Notes: generated by a model not told the origin, from the letters alone. A stretch of DNA of 64,000 bases from a bacterium (GCA_037444445.1 JBBIMK010000001.1:5012-69011); one strand, 5' to 3'; shown: positions 16,569 to 27,239, numbered from the stretch's first letter. Translations and numbers: made by a program.

Positions 16569-18176
16569 TTATGTTTTCTGCGATTGAAGTAGAATCTGTG
16601 CCTGGTGAACCAAACGAGAAAGAACTCGGTCGCGGGGCAAATGAGGAGCCAAACTCAAGATTTCCGCATACTTCTTCAACTTTAACCACTTATGAATTCC
16701 CCATCGGAGAGAGAGGATGTCGGGATTTCTCGTTCCTTTTCCGACCCGCTGAACCTTACTCGCGAAAATACGAAAACGATTGAATTTTTTGCTGTTTGTA
16801 GCATTCTGGATTTTTTTCATCAGAGCGGGATAGTTCGGCAGAGGAGAATATAAACGATGGTCTGTAAGACACCAGACATTTTTATCAATTTTGACAAATT
16901 CAGAGGAATTAGTGAGAACAAAGAGAAGGGCTTTAGGAGTGATTTTTGGTCGTTGTTGCTGGAGGATACTCAATAACTCTTGAAAGTTCATAGGGGTGCG
17001 TGCTTTCTGAAGCACCTGTAATACATGTAAGCGAAGAGTAACACCCGGTTTTAGCCCCCATTCTTTAAGTCCATAATATCCAGGAACCCCTGTCCAAACA
17101 AAAGTGTCTTTTACACGAGTCAGAGTATTTAAAATCCAAAAGCGAGAAGGCTTACGAAGTTTCATCCTTTTATGCACCAACCCCAACAGTTCAGAATAAT
17201 GGCAGGGTCTCCCAATCTTGCGGAAAGCATTCACCAGAATAGCCACGGATTTCTCAAGGGGTTGGCGGAGACGAACAGCCCTGGGGATATTCCATTCTAC
17301 TAACCCATATACACCCGGGCGTCCAGTCCAAACGAATCGCTCCCGATGATTGGACAAACAGCGATGAATCGTAAGAGGATTCAATTTTCGCGCATATTGC
17401 AACCGATTCACTTCCTCATGGATCGTTAGATAATGAGACGGTTTGCCTATTCTTTTCAATGCCAGTGCCGCTATGGCGACGGTTCTACCTACGGCTTTCC
17501 GGAGGAAAATCACCCCTCTTTTACCTTTCAGAAGAACCCGCTGTCGTAGGGCTTCATGCAAAAGGTGTTTTAGAAAATATGCGGAAAGAGGAATGGAAGA
17601 AGATTGCTGAATTTTTTTGATCAGAACCTGGCGAGGAAGATAAACTTCGTTCTGGAGGATTTGTTGCATAATTTTTAACGCCACCCTCACTTTTTCGGCA
17701 GTTTTTTTATCGTTATTTAAAGTGTAGAAACCTTCATTTTCCTCGTTGAGGAAGTAGTGAATTCCTCCCTGGGCCTTAAACATTCTGCAGACTATTTGGA
17801 AGGCGCCGAGAGCAAAGTGAGGATTGGGGTGGAGAGTTTTAAGAGCTTCCTCAAAAGAAGTTCGGGATAGAACTCTGTGATGCGTTTGAAAAATGTAGGA
17901 AAGGGTTTCTTCCACAGCGGGAAGGAACGATTTTCTCTTGACATAAGAAAGGGAAAGAGCAGAGACTTCCAATTGCTGAGCTCTTTGACGGGAAACTCCA
18001 CCGAGAAACCGGGCTCCCGTTTCCTGGAAGGTGTGAAAACGGCCATCCGTCAGGCCAAAACGATACCTTAGAACTTTCTGCTTTCTGGGCTCCAGCGAAT
18101 GATACAAGGATTCAAAAAGAGGAAGGAAGTTCGGAGTCATTTTAGGATGTTTCCTGAAAGTTCTCAAGGTTCTCAC
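16569..18176 (-). CDS. Multi-HTH protein: N-terminal sigma-70 region-4-like HTH followed by three or four HARE-HTH winged-helix repeats
   Basis: RKQKVLRYRFGLTDGRFHTFQETGARFLGGVSRQRAQQLEVSAL (sigma-70 region 4-like). Repeated modules ...RFVWTGRPGVYGLVEW / ...TFVWTGVPGYYGLKEW / ...FVKIDKNVWCL match the HARE-HTH signature (fvrvgrGlygL.eW). Confidence 0.45.
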   Translation of the reverse strand: MRTLRTFRKHPKMTPNFLPLFESLYHSLEPRKQKVLRYRFGLTDGRFHTFQETGARFLGGVSRQRAQQLEVSALSLSYVKRKSFLPAVEETLSYIFQTHHRVLSRTSFEEALKTLHPNPHFALGAFQIVCRMFKAQGGIHYFLNEENEGFYTLNNDKKTAEKVRVALKIMQQILQNEVYLPRQVLIKKIQQSSSIPLSAYFLKHLLHEALRQRVLLKGKRGVIFLRKAVGRTVAIAALALKRIGKPSHYLTIHEEVNRLQYARKLNPLTIHRCLSNHRERFVWTGRPGVYGLVEWNIPRAVRLRQPLEKSVAILVNAFRKIGRPCHYSELLGLVHKRMKLRKPSRFWILNTLTRVKDTFVWTGVPGYYGLKEWGLKPGVTLRLHVLQVLQKARTPMNFQELLSILQQQRPKITPKALLFVLTNSSEFVKIDKNVWCLTDHRLYSPLPNYPALMKKIQNATNSKKFNRFRIFASKVQRVGKGTRNPDILSLRWGIHKWLKLKKYAEILSLAPHLPRDRVLSRLVHQAQILLQSQKT

Positions 18177-18191
18177 CTCAATAGCCGTAAA

Positions 18192-19034
18192 TTACGGCGG
18201 ATAAAAAGACTCAAAAACAAACTGTCCATGGGACTCGTGTAAAAAACCAGCCCGAGGAGTTTCATCATGCTCAAAAACCAGAAGCCATTTTTCTTCCACA
18301 ATCCTGCGATAAATTTCTTTCCGAACCTGGAGAGTTTGTAAGGGGAACAGGTCATAAGCCATGATATACGGAATAGGGATGTGACGAGTCGTAGGAATCA
18401 GGTCGCCCATAAAAGCCACAATACCTTTAGTGGTATGAAACAGAACGATCTGGTGACCGCGAGTATGTCCAGGGGTTTTTAAGCAGCGAATTTGAGGGGT
18501 GATGAGCACATCATCTCCTGTAACCCACCGGAGCACTTTCAGTTCCTGTAAAGGCAGGAAGAGTTCGGGGATATAGCTGGCTTTAGAGCGTTCATTGGGG
18601 TTCAGGGCATCCTCCCACTCCTCTTTCTGGACGAAATAGGTGGCCCGGGGGAAGGCGGGTAGCCGACGCCCTCTGGGGTCTAACACCGTAGACCCGCCAC
18701 AATGGTCAAAATGTAGATGAGTGAGGAGCACCAGCGTAACATCGTGAACAGAGAATGAAAGGGAAGATAAAGGAGAATTCCAGTGAATATCATAGATAGC
18801 AAGCATCTTTGGATTGAGGTGAGAACCCACACCATTATCCACCAGGGCAAGAAACCTTTCTCCCTGAACAAACAGAACATTCATACCCAGCAGGATACGG
18901 TTCTTTTCGTCGGCAGGGTAGGTCCGTTCCCATAGAACTTTGGGAACGACTCCGAACATCGCTCCCCCGTCTAAACGGAAGGTGCCGAATTGAACATGGT
19001 AAAAATCCAGGTCTCCGTATTGAAAATGTCTCAA
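18192..19034 (-). CDS. MBL-fold metallo-hydrolase
   Basis: HLHFDHCGG metal-binding motif. Confidence 0.75.
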   Translation of the reverse strand: MRHFQYGDLDFYHVQFGTFRLDGGAMFGVVPKVLWERTYPADEKNRILLGMNVLFVQGERFLALVDNGVGSHLNPKMLAIYDIHWNSPLSSLSFSVHDVTLVLLTHLHFDHCGGSTVLDPRGRRLPAFPRATYFVQKEEWEDALNPNERSKASYIPELFLPLQELKVLRWVTGDDVLITPQIRCLKTPGHTRGHQIVLFHTTKGIVAFMGDLIPTTRHIPIPYIMAYDLFPLQTLQVRKEIYRRIVEEKWLLVFEHDETPRAGFLHESHGQFVFESFYPP

Positions 19035-19039
19035 TCTAT

Positions 19040-19978
19040 TTATCCTCCAAATAAGGTATCCACTTGTTTCATCAGGTCACGAACATGCTGAGCAGAAGTG
19101 GACAAGGCGGTCAATTCATCTGGAGACAGGGGGAGTTCCAGGATTTTTTCTACACCCTCTTTTCCCAGTATAATGGGCACGCCGACAAAAACATCTTTGA
19201 TTCCGTATTGCCCGTTAAGAAAAGTGCAAGCAGAGAGGAGTCGTTTTTCATCCCAGAGAATGGATTCCACCATTTCTGTGATAGCTACGCCAGGGGCATA
19301 GTAGGCACTACCCGTTTTTAGCAGAGCGACGATTTCTCCTCCGCCCTGACGGGTTCGGTTAATAATGGCATCCAGCCTGTCTCTGGGAATCAATTCCGTG
19401 GCGGGAATACCACTGACGGCCGCATATCGGACCACAGGAACCATCAAATCTCCATGACTTCCCAGAACAATGGCTTGAACGCAATCAAAGGAAACGCCCA
19501 GTTCCATAGCAATGAAGGCACGGAAGCGAGCCGTGTCCAGAGCACCGGCCATGCCCACGACCCGTGCTGGAGGAAACCCTGTAACCCGATAAGCGGTATA
19601 TACCATAGCGTCCAGAGGATTAGTGACCACGATGACAATAGACTGGGGAGCGAATTCACGGATTTTTTCCGAAACGCCTTTGACGATATTAAAATTGGTA
19701 ATCAAGAGGTCCTCACGGCTCATACCGGGTTTTCGAGCTAACCCGGCAGTCAATACCACCACGTCTGCCCCCTCTATGGCCTGATAATTATTGGAGCCCG
19801 TCACACGAGATGAAATGCCATAGATAGGGCTGGCTTGCGTCATATCCAGGGCTTTTCCCTGAGGCAATCCCTCAATGATGTCCACCAGAACCACATCCGC
19901 AATCTGTCGGGTTTGAATTTCACTGGCGGCTTCGGCACCCACATTTCCAGCGCCGATGATTCCCACTTTAAACCTCAC
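19040..19978 (-). CDS. mdh: Malate/L-lactate dehydrogenase (LDH-like MDH)
   Basis: KVGIIGAGNVG Rossmann motif; catalytic region IVLGSHGD. Confidence 0.85.
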   Translation of the reverse strand: MRFKVGIIGAGNVGAEAASEIQTRQIADVVLVDIIEGLPQGKALDMTQASPIYGISSRVTGSNNYQAIEGADVVVLTAGLARKPGMSREDLLITNFNIVKGVSEKIREFAPQSIVIVVTNPLDAMVYTAYRVTGFPPARVVGMAGALDTARFRAFIAMELGVSFDCVQAIVLGSHGDLMVPVVRYAAVSGIPATELIPRDRLDAIINRTRQGGGEIVALLKTGSAYYAPGVAITEMVESILWDEKRLLSACTFLNGQYGIKDVFVGVPIILGKEGVEKILELPLSPDELTALSTSAQHVRDLMKQVDTLFGG

Positions 19979-20068
19979 AGATATCTCCTCCTTTTAATAG
20001 GTTTTTGTCAAATATTATCATTCCTTCTCACCCACCCACTTTAATTTTATCCCTTCTTTACTTTTTTA

Positions 20069-20341
20069 TTAAGTGTGTGTGTTCTCTTTCTCCGGGGCAT
20101 CCGTTTTCTGCTGGAGAAAATCAGAGGAAATATCCTTCTCCACAAAACTTGAACCTTCCAGAGTAAGTTCTTTCAGTGTTCCTTCCACCTGCGACAGTTT
20201 TGCTTGACAAAACTGATAGAGCTGAATACCTTCGCGATAGAGACGGAGAGACTCTTCGAGGGGAAGATTTTCCTCCTCCAGTTTACGAATCACATTTTCC
20301 AGAGACTGAAACGCTTCTTCAAAGGACATCTCGGGGCTCAT
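20069..20341 (-). CDS. xseB: Exodeoxyribonuclease VII small subunit
   Basis: MSFEEAFQSLENVIRKLEEENLPLEESLRLYREG is a classic XseB sequence; start set at the internal ATG. Confidence 0.75.
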   Translation of the reverse strand: MSPEMSFEEAFQSLENVIRKLEEENLPLEESLRLYREGIQLYQFCQAKLSQVEGTLKELTLEGSSFVEKDISSDFLQQKTDAPEKENTHT

Positions 20342-21545
20342 TTTCTCTCTCCCTTTTTTGCAGGATTTTCGTGGCCAACACACCATCTCGCAAGGTTACA
20401 TCCAGTAAATCACCCGCGGAGACTTCATAAATGGAGCGAACAAGATTGCCCTCCGGTTTCATCACGATGGCATAACCACGCTCTAAAACATTATAAGGAC
20501 TTAGAGAAGACAACAGAAGTCGTAAATGTTTCAAAGTTTCATTTTTCTTATTGAGAAAACGGTGAAAAGAGTTGTTCAAGCGAGAGTAAGCATCATCTAA
20601 CTGCTGAGCCAGTCGCTGAATTCTTCTCAGGGGATAAAGGAAAGAAGGGGAGGCAGTAAGATACTGAATGCTTTTTTGGGCGGAGGTAATGCGATGACGA
20701 ACCTGACGCAGAAGTCGGGAATGAGAAGAGTTCAACCGATGATGCCAGGATTTGGCATCCGGAACCACCCGTTGGGCGGCACCGGAAGGAGTCGGTGCCA
20801 CCCCATCCGCGACCAGGTCAGCGATAGTCGTATCCACTTCATGCCCAATCCCTGTGACAACAGGGAGAGAGGAAGAAGCGATGGAGCGAGCCAGAGCCTC
20901 ATCGTTGAACCCCCACAGGTCTTCCAGCGAGCCACCACCTCGCACTATGAGAATGACTTCCACTTTCCCATAAGCGTTTAGCCAGTGAAGGGCCCGAATG
21001 ATGGAAGCGGAGGTTTCTTCACCCTGAACGGTGGCAGAAACCAGGAGGAAGTGCGCGCCTGGCCATCGTCCCCACCCTACTCTCAGGACATCTCTTAACA
21101 CGGAACTTCTCGGGGAAGTGATAACGCCAATTCTCCCGGGGAAGAGGGGAATTTTTTTCCTGGCTCTCGTGAGAATGCCTTCTTTCTCCAGTTTTTCTTT
21201 AATTCGTAAAAATTCTTCTTGCAACCCACCCGTTTTGAGTGGTTGGGTGATTTGTTCCACATAGAATTGATACATCCCCCTCCTGGGGAAAATATCCACA
21301 CGCCCAAAGGCTTGGATACAGGTTCCAGTTTTTGGAAAGTTCCCGTTGCACCGAGACACCCCATCAAAAAAAACAGCCTGGATGGAGGAATGGGCATCTG
21401 TCAGAGTAAAATAAATATGGCCGGATGGATGGATATGTAGATTGGTCACTTCGCCTTCCACCCACGCACCCTGAAGAATAGGATTAAATTGGAGAGTTTG
21501 CTGGAGTATGGAAGTGATTTCAGAAACGCTATATACTTTCATCAT
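20319..21545 (-). CDS. xseA: Exodeoxyribonuclease VII large subunit
   Basis: 408 aa; N-terminal OB-fold; central GHEVD region. Confidence 0.85.
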   Translation of the reverse strand: MMKVYSVSEITSILQQTLQFNPILQGAWVEGEVTNLHIHPSGHIYFTLTDAHSSIQAVFFDGVSRCNGNFPKTGTCIQAFGRVDIFPRRGMYQFYVEQITQPLKTGGLQEEFLRIKEKLEKEGILTRARKKIPLFPGRIGVITSPRSSVLRDVLRVGWGRWPGAHFLLVSATVQGEETSASIIRALHWLNAYGKVEVILIVRGGGSLEDLWGFNDEALARSIASSSLPVVTGIGHEVDTTIADLVADGVAPTPSGAAQRVVPDAKSWHHRLNSSHSRLLRQVRHRITSAQKSIQYLTASPSFLYPLRRIQRLAQQLDDAYSRLNNSFHRFLNKKNETLKHLRLLLSSLSPYNVLERGYAIVMKPEGNLVRSIYEVSAGDLLDVTLRDGVLATKILQKRERENEPRDVL

Positions 21546-22250
21546 TCAGGCCAGTTCTCGTCTGCGGAACTTCATAAAAGCAAAAACCAGGAAAAGTAAA
21601 GCATAGATATACCCCAGAATCACTGGAAAAATCACCTCTTTTGACGGGCTACCCACAGATGCGGAGAAACGCCACGCACCTGGATAATACATTAACCAGA
21701 GAGACCAGAATCCGGGTGGAAGGAAGCGGGGCAGGAAACTGAGGAAAAGAAGAACTGTCAAGAAAATGAGAGTTTGTAGAGTATATTTTTCCACACTCAG
21801 AAATAAAGCCAGGGAGAGAAATGCAAGGGAAATAGAAAAGTTCAACCCCATCAGGGTGATAAAGGAAAATATCCCATCGCCTTTCCGATACAAATAATCC
21901 ACCGCCATCAATTCAGAAAGCGGAAGGAAAAAAAGAGTCAGCAACATAGCCACACCTCCCAGATATTTACCGAAAAGGTATTCATCTCTGGAAAGGGGTT
22001 TAGAAAGAAAATAATAAAAACTTCCATCTGCCGCATCGGTTGCCAGAAGGTGAGAGCCGATGTAAATGGCGAGGAAATCCAGTCCGGTTGAAGCCATCAG
22101 ACTGGGGGTAGAAGGATATTGACCCGGTAAAAGAGTGGGGAAGCAGAAAAGCAGAATCAAAACTAAAATGCCTGAGAGCAGGTAGAGCAAGGTCTTATCT
22201 GTTTTCAACTTTCTATAAGAAAACTGAGCAATTGCTAACAGGAGCGTCAT
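21546..22250 (-). CDS. Hypothetical membrane protein (ABC-2-type permease-like)
   Basis: 234 aa with six hydrophobic segments; 4-nt overlap with the upstream ATPase-like gene. Confidence 0.4.
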   Translation of the reverse strand: MTLLLAIAQFSYRKLKTDKTLLYLLSGILVLILLFCFPTLLPGQYPSTPSLMASTGLDFLAIYIGSHLLATDAADGSFYYFLSKPLSRDEYLFGKYLGGVAMLLTLFFLPLSELMAVDYLYRKGDGIFSFITLMGLNFSISLAFLSLALFLSVEKYTLQTLIFLTVLLFLSFLPRFLPPGFWSLWLMYYPGAWRFSASVGSPSKEVIFPVILGYIYALLFLVFAFMKFRRRELA

Positions 22251-23131
22251 ACCTGAAGCAGGTCGCGGATGCGGAAGCGCTGTCTATCTACAGAGAGGAT
22301 GATGCCACCACTTTCCAGAATTACTTTTTCCAGACGTGACCAGGAAGAAGCTAAAATTTCAAGACGACATCGGTCGGAGAGATTTTCAACGGAAATTACG
22401 CCATCGGAATGGAGAAGGTCTTCCGAGATTCCATCCACTTCCACCAGCAGAGTTTCTTCCTCACGGTTCAAGTCAGCGAGTTCCCCCTCACCTAGGGCTT
22501 TTCCTTTATAGAAAAAATACATGTAAGGATGAAAGAGAGTTTCAATCAAACCCACGCCCGTAGAGAGCAAGAGCACTCCTCCCTGATGTTTCACCACCTC
22601 TATCAAGAGGTCATTGATGAGAGGAGCCGTATTCTCATCCACCTGTTCTGAAATATCTTCATAGATCACCAGTTCGGGAGAAGGAAGCAGTGAAGCGGCG
22701 ATGTAAGTGAGATTCAACAATGAGGCAGGAAGTTTCTCCAGAAGTTTGTGACGGTGAGGATACAGGTGGACTTCTTGGAGAAAAGAGTGTAATCGGCTTT
22801 GAGGGAGAGAAAAACGGTTTAGATAGGCATGTAATAGGAAGAATTCCCGAATCGTGATACCAGGGGGTGGCAGGAAGTTTTTCGGCACATAGGCGATTTT
22901 TTTCTTCTTTTCCATGTCCAATCCGATACTTCCCAGAATCCGAATTTTTCCGCCCGTCGCAGTGGCAAGGCCAAAGAGAAGGGGAGGAATAGTCCAGATG
23001 CCCGATGAAGGATGCCCCAGCACGCACACAAATTCACCGGCGCTCACACGAAAGGTTGCTCCCCGCAATACCCCTTTTTTCCCCAGCGGTGGCCATCGCT
23101 TGACATCCTTGAATTCCAATAATATCCGCAT
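22247..23131 (-). CDS. ABC ATPase-like protein with a degenerate Walker A motif
   Basis: GATFRVSAGEFVCVLGHPSSGIWT aligns with the ABC P-loop region, but the Lys/Thr are replaced (GHPSSG). Resembles a pseudo-ATPase subunit. Confidence 0.4.
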   Translation of the reverse strand: MRILLEFKDVKRWPPLGKKGVLRGATFRVSAGEFVCVLGHPSSGIWTIPPLLFGLATATGGKIRILGSIGLDMEKKKKIAYVPKNFLPPPGITIREFFLLHAYLNRFSLPQSRLHSFLQEVHLYPHRHKLLEKLPASLLNLTYIAASLLPSPELVIYEDISEQVDENTAPLINDLLIEVVKHQGGVLLLSTGVGLIETLFHPYMYFFYKGKALGEGELADLNREEETLLVEVDGISEDLLHSDGVISVENLSDRCRLEILASSWSRLEKVILESGGIILSVDRQRFRIRDLLQV

Positions 23132-23217
23132 TCCCAGTTTATTTTACCACGAGTTTTCTTTTTCAGACTGGTTTACCCCGGCACTTTATCAAAAAGAGGA
23201 AAATCTGACGAGAAAAT

Positions 23218-24675
23218 CTATGGATAAATTTTTGAGGAATTCATCATAATAGAAGCAGAGTAACGGCACAAAGACACATTCGTCACGGTGATAGCACCTT
23301 CCTGATGGCCTTTACCTCCGAACAAACGGGAAGGTTGAATCAAGAAGCCTGAGAAGATTACAGGAGGTTGAAGCAGAAGTCTTTTACCATTTTCATCCAC
23401 AGGATAGATAGGCGCTACAATATCTTTTTCCCCCTCCCAGGTTATCCTGCCGAGGACCTGTTGAAAAAGTTTACCTTTCGCATCCGTTAGTTCCACACCC
23501 ATAAGTAAGCCATCTTGATGTGCGGAAACCCTTGCCTGTAAGCAATTGAAATCTATGCCAGGAACAAGATTCTGGATGCTTACTCCCACCGGGAAATGTA
23601 AACCCGTTTCAAAATCTGGAAAATCCTCTGACCGATATGGAATGACCCAGGCTCCGGCAGAGGAGGCAAGAGTGAAGACGGTTCGGAGCGATTCGGTGAT
23701 ACGAACAGTCTCTTTCCGGCGTAAGGATTGTGCCATTTCCTGAAAAGCAAAAAATGCGAGTTTAGGCTGATAACTCCACTGGATGAGCCCAAAATGAGAT
23801 TCCAGAGAAGCAGGGTCTTCCCCATCATCCCGGAAATCATACCAGAAAATTTTTGAAATACGGTTGTACAGTAAGCGGGCAATTGACTGTTGCAAGAAAT
23901 TTGCCTGGTCGTCTTCAGAAACACCATCCGCCTGAGGGGCTGTGCTCCAGCCAATTTCTGTGACCCAGAGTTCCTTGTTTGTGGCCTCCGTTTGTATGTC
24001 AGTGAGATTCTCTTCTTCTACGCCATAAAAGGGGAGAGGGAAAGTATACGGGTGAACGGCAACGATGTCCACCGCTTCTAAACCGCCTGCCCGGGCGAAT
24101 GCGCGAAAATAAAGGGCATCAGAAGTCGCCAGGCCTGCCATGACTACCCGGGCATCGGGCATTTTATCCTTCACAGACGGATAGAGCGTTCTCAAAAGTG
24201 AAGCATACGAAAAGGGGTCAGGAGCACGCCCCCAAAAACGGGCGGTATTCACTTCATTGAGAATTTGAAAATAATGCGTATAAGGATAAAATTCCCTCAT
24301 CGCACGAAGAAGGAACTCACTCTCCAGGCCTTTAGATTCTTGAAGCCACTCCGGGACATCGGTAAACACGATGAGAGGGTAGAGCCCATTTTTACGGAGA
24401 AACTTGAAAGCAAAAATGTACCGGTCAGTACTCCACTCAGAGGGCCGGGGTGCTATATCTCGCAGGCTTACTTCTTCCCTGACCCAGCGAACTTTTAGTT
24501 CCTTAACGCGCTTGAGTGCGTCGGGATATTCAGAAGGAGAATACCGCCTCGTCAGAAAAAGATTCACACCCAGTTTCTCGCCTTCTATCCGAATACAGAA
24601 GGTTGAACTAAAACAAAATATGGAAAGAACGATAATCATAGACTTCTGCCTGATTTTTTTCAACGCCTTCACCAT
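23218..24675 (-). CDS. Secreted glycoside hydrolase (GH5/GH-A clan-like)
   Basis: N-terminal signal-like hydrophobic segment; NEVN (acid/base) and TEIGW (nucleophile) motifs typical of clan GH-A. Confidence 0.55.
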   Translation of the reverse strand: MVKALKKIRQKSMIIVLSIFCFSSTFCIRIEGEKLGVNLFLTRRYSPSEYPDALKRVKELKVRWVREEVSLRDIAPRPSEWSTDRYIFAFKFLRKNGLYPLIVFTDVPEWLQESKGLESEFLLRAMREFYPYTHYFQILNEVNTARFWGRAPDPFSYASLLRTLYPSVKDKMPDARVVMAGLATSDALYFRAFARAGGLEAVDIVAVHPYTFPLPFYGVEEENLTDIQTEATNKELWVTEIGWSTAPQADGVSEDDQANFLQQSIARLLYNRISKIFWYDFRDDGEDPASLESHFGLIQWSYQPKLAFFAFQEMAQSLRRKETVRITESLRTVFTLASSAGAWVIPYRSEDFPDFETGLHFPVGVSIQNLVPGIDFNCLQARVSAHQDGLLMGVELTDAKGKLFQQVLGRITWEGEKDIVAPIYPVDENGKRLLLQPPVIFSGFLIQPSRLFGGKGHQEGAITVTNVSLCRYSASIMMNSSKIYP

Positions 24676-24808
24676 CTCATTTTATGCTCCGCAACTGGAT
24701 TGTGCAATGCCTCAGGAAGAGAAAAGCCCTCGGGAGAGGATTGAGAACGCTAACGGATTTGCTTTTACAGATTTTGTGGTAAAATAATAGTGTTAGAGGT
24801 GGAGAAAG

Positions 24809-25042
24809 GTGAAAAAAGGTATCCATCCTGATTATTATGAAAATGCGATAGTGATTTGCAGTTGTGGGAATACCTTTACCACAGGTTCTACCAAACCAGA
24901 AATCCATGTGGAAATTTGCTCCAATTGTCATCCCTATTACACTGGGAAGCGAAAAATCATAGATACGGCAGGCCGAGTAGAAAGATTCCACAGAAAGTTT
25001 GGGAAAGATTACCGAACTTTCCTCGAAGAAAATCAGGGATAA
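24809..25042 (+). CDS. rpmE: 50S ribosomal protein L31
   Basis: [47 protein letters not shown]. Confidence 0.9.
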   Translation: MKKGIHPDYYENAIVICSCGNTFTTGSTKPEIHVEICSNCHPYYTGKRKIIDTAGRVERFHRKFGKDYRTFLEENQG

Positions 25043-25058
25043 CTGGATTCGTTCCATC

Positions 25059-26123
25059 GTGAAACTGCTGGAGAAACTGAAAGAGATAGAAAAAGAATAT
25101 AGGGATATAGAAGAAGAGTTAAGCAAAGCGGGAAGTATTTCCGATATTCAACGGATGAAGGAACTGGGGCGGCGAAAGAAGGAACTTGCTCTCATCGTGG
25201 ACGATTTCTCCCGGTACCAAAATGTTATGAAAGCCATCCAGGAGTGGAGGGAACTGGAGCAGGGTGAAAAAGACCCTCATTCTTTAGAAAGCATCCGCCG
25301 CGAGATTCAGAAGCTGGAAGAGGAAAAAGAATTTATATTACACACCTTGCATAAAAAACTGGTAGAAAATGTGGAGGAAGAAATACAGAAAGTGATTCTG
25401 GAGATTCGCGCTGGAACAGGCGGGGAAGAAGCTGCGCTGTTTGCCGCAGACTTATTTCGGATGTATCAAAAATATGCGGAAAAGAAAAAATGGAAGATAG
25501 AAATCCTGGACGCTCATCTCTCTGACCGGAGTGGATTTAAGGAAATTATCTGTGAAATCCGAGGGAGGGGAGTTTTTCGGCGATTGCAGTTTGAAAGTGG
25601 AACCCACCGGGTTCAACGGGTACCTGAGACGGAATCCGGGGGACGGATTCACACTTCAGCGGCCACGGTGGCTGTTCTGCCCGAACCGGATGAAGTGGAG
25701 ATACAGATTCACCCCCGGGATATAGAAATAGAAACCTCCCGTGCCGGTGGCCCGGGCGGTCAGTATGTGAACAAGGTTGAATCCGCTGTTCGGATTCGGC
25801 ACATTCCCACAGGATTAGTGGTGCAATGTCGGGAGGAACGCTCTCAGTGGCAAAATCGCGAGAAAGCCTTACGATTACTCCGCACCCGTCTTTATCAATT
25901 AGAGCTGGAAAAGCAACAATTAGAAATCGCCCGGGCTCGTAAAAAACAGGTGGGAACGGGCGACCGCAGTGAGAAGATACGAACTTATAACTATCCGCAA
26001 AATCGTGTTACAGACCACCGCTCAGGCTTCACCCTTCACCGCCTACAGGATGTGCTGGATGGAAACCTGGACGCATTGGTGGATTCGGTAGCCATCTTAG
26101 AAAAAGCGAAAGTAGCAGAATAA
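25059..26123 (+). CDS. prfA: Peptide chain release factor 1
   Basis: GGQ motif ([23 protein letters not shown]). The ORF is open from 24999 and overlaps rpmE; a likely GTG start near 25059 gives an [16 protein letters not shown]1-like N-terminus. Confidence 0.85.
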   Translation: MKLLEKLKEIEKEYRDIEEELSKAGSISDIQRMKELGRRKKELALIVDDFSRYQNVMKAIQEWRELEQGEKDPHSLESIRREIQKLEEEKEFILHTLHKKLVENVEEEIQKVILEIRAGTGGEEAALFAADLFRMYQKYAEKKKWKIEILDAHLSDRSGFKEIICEIRGRGVFRRLQFESGTHRVQRVPETESGGRIHTSAATVAVLPEPDEVEIQIHPRDIEIETSRAGGPGGQYVNKVESAVRIRHIPTGLVVQCREERSQWQNREKALRLLRTRLYQLELEKQQLEIARARKKQVGTGDRSEKIRTYNYPQNRVTDHRSGFTLHRLQDVLDGNLDALVDSVAILEKAKVAE

Positions 26124-26143
26124 TTCTTTTCGGTGGCTCTATT

Positions 26144-27124
26144 ATGAGGCAGATTCTTACATCAAAGGAAAGTAAAGAAAATGCACCTGTTATGGGATGT
26201 GAATGGCATATTTCCGAATCTGAGGCAGGGAGGCGGCTGGATATTTTTTTGAGAAAAACACTTCCTCATTTGCCTCTTTCCCGGATTTACTCGGCTATCC
26301 GAAAGAAGGTTGTACGAGTTAACCATCTTCCTTCATCTCCGAATTACCGATTATGTGGAGGAGACCTGGTAAAATGGATAGATTCCATTCCAGCCGCTAC
26401 GACGAGTCAAATGCGATTCAAAGAAAAGGCGAAGATATACAAAAAATGCCCTTTTCCTGTTCTTTACCAGGACCAATGGCTGGTTGCCATTGATAAACCT
26501 CCGGGAATCGCCGTGCACAAGGGAACCCCTCCAGGACATAGAAAGGTTCATAACTCAAATTTGCTGAGTATTGTGAGGGAAATTTATGATAGTCAAGAAT
26601 ACTCTTATTCCCCCTCGCCTGTTCATCGCCTGGACAAAAGAACCTCTGGAATCGTAATATTTGCGAGAACTTTGCAGGCTCACCGTGCCCTCGCCCAGCA
26701 GTGGCGAGAAGGCAAAATACAAAAAGTGTATTATGCAGTCGTGTCAGGAACACCAGAAACGCCGGAAGGGGTTGTGGATAAACCCCTGCTTATCCGGGAA
26801 AACTCAGAGGGTGAAAAAGTTCAACTCGCGGAAGGCGGGAAAAGAGCCATCACCGAGTATAAAAGTAAGAAAAAACTAACCCATTGCCTCGGCGTAGCCG
26901 GAAACTTCACCCTGCTGGAAATACGCACTCATACAGGACGAACGCATCAAATCCGAGTTCACATGGCTTACCTGGGCACTCCTCTGGTCGGTGACACACG
27001 ATATGGTTCTCCTTTCCCCGCGGAACGGATATTCCTCCACTGCGCCCGAATTCAGTTAGAACACCCCGCAATGCACAAGATTCTTACACTTACCTCTCCA
27101 CTCCCTCCCGAGTTCTCTCTCTGA
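26144..27124 (+). CDS. RluA-family 23S rRNA pseudouridine synthase (RluD/RluC-like, N-terminal S4 domain)
   Basis: HRLDKRTSGIVIFART catalytic motif. Confidence 0.8.
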   Translation: MRQILTSKESKENAPVMGCEWHISESEAGRRLDIFLRKTLPHLPLSRIYSAIRKKVVRVNHLPSSPNYRLCGGDLVKWIDSIPAATTSQMRFKEKAKIYKKCPFPVLYQDQWLVAIDKPPGIAVHKGTPPGHRKVHNSNLLSIVREIYDSQEYSYSPSPVHRLDKRTSGIVIFARTLQAHRALAQQWREGKIQKVYYAVVSGTPETPEGVVDKPLLIRENSEGEKVQLAEGGKRAITEYKSKKKLTHCLGVAGNFTLLEIRTHTGRTHQIRVHMAYLGTPLVGDTRYGSPFPAERIFLHCARIQLEHPAMHKILTLTSPLPPEFSL

Positions 27125-27239
27125 TACAATTACCTTGAAGAACAAAGCGGGATTTTTTAAAAAGAATGTTCCGTTCCGAGAGGATAAAAAAGAGAAGTAG
27201 CGGTAAAATGAAGAACAGGCCCTTGAAAAGAGAGGAAAG

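Noticed and set aside
20041-20068. gtgtgtgtgtt dinucleotide run downstream of mdh and upstream of xseB
   Set aside because: Only about 5 GT units in an AT-rich promoter/terminator gap; too short to argue for phase-variable function.
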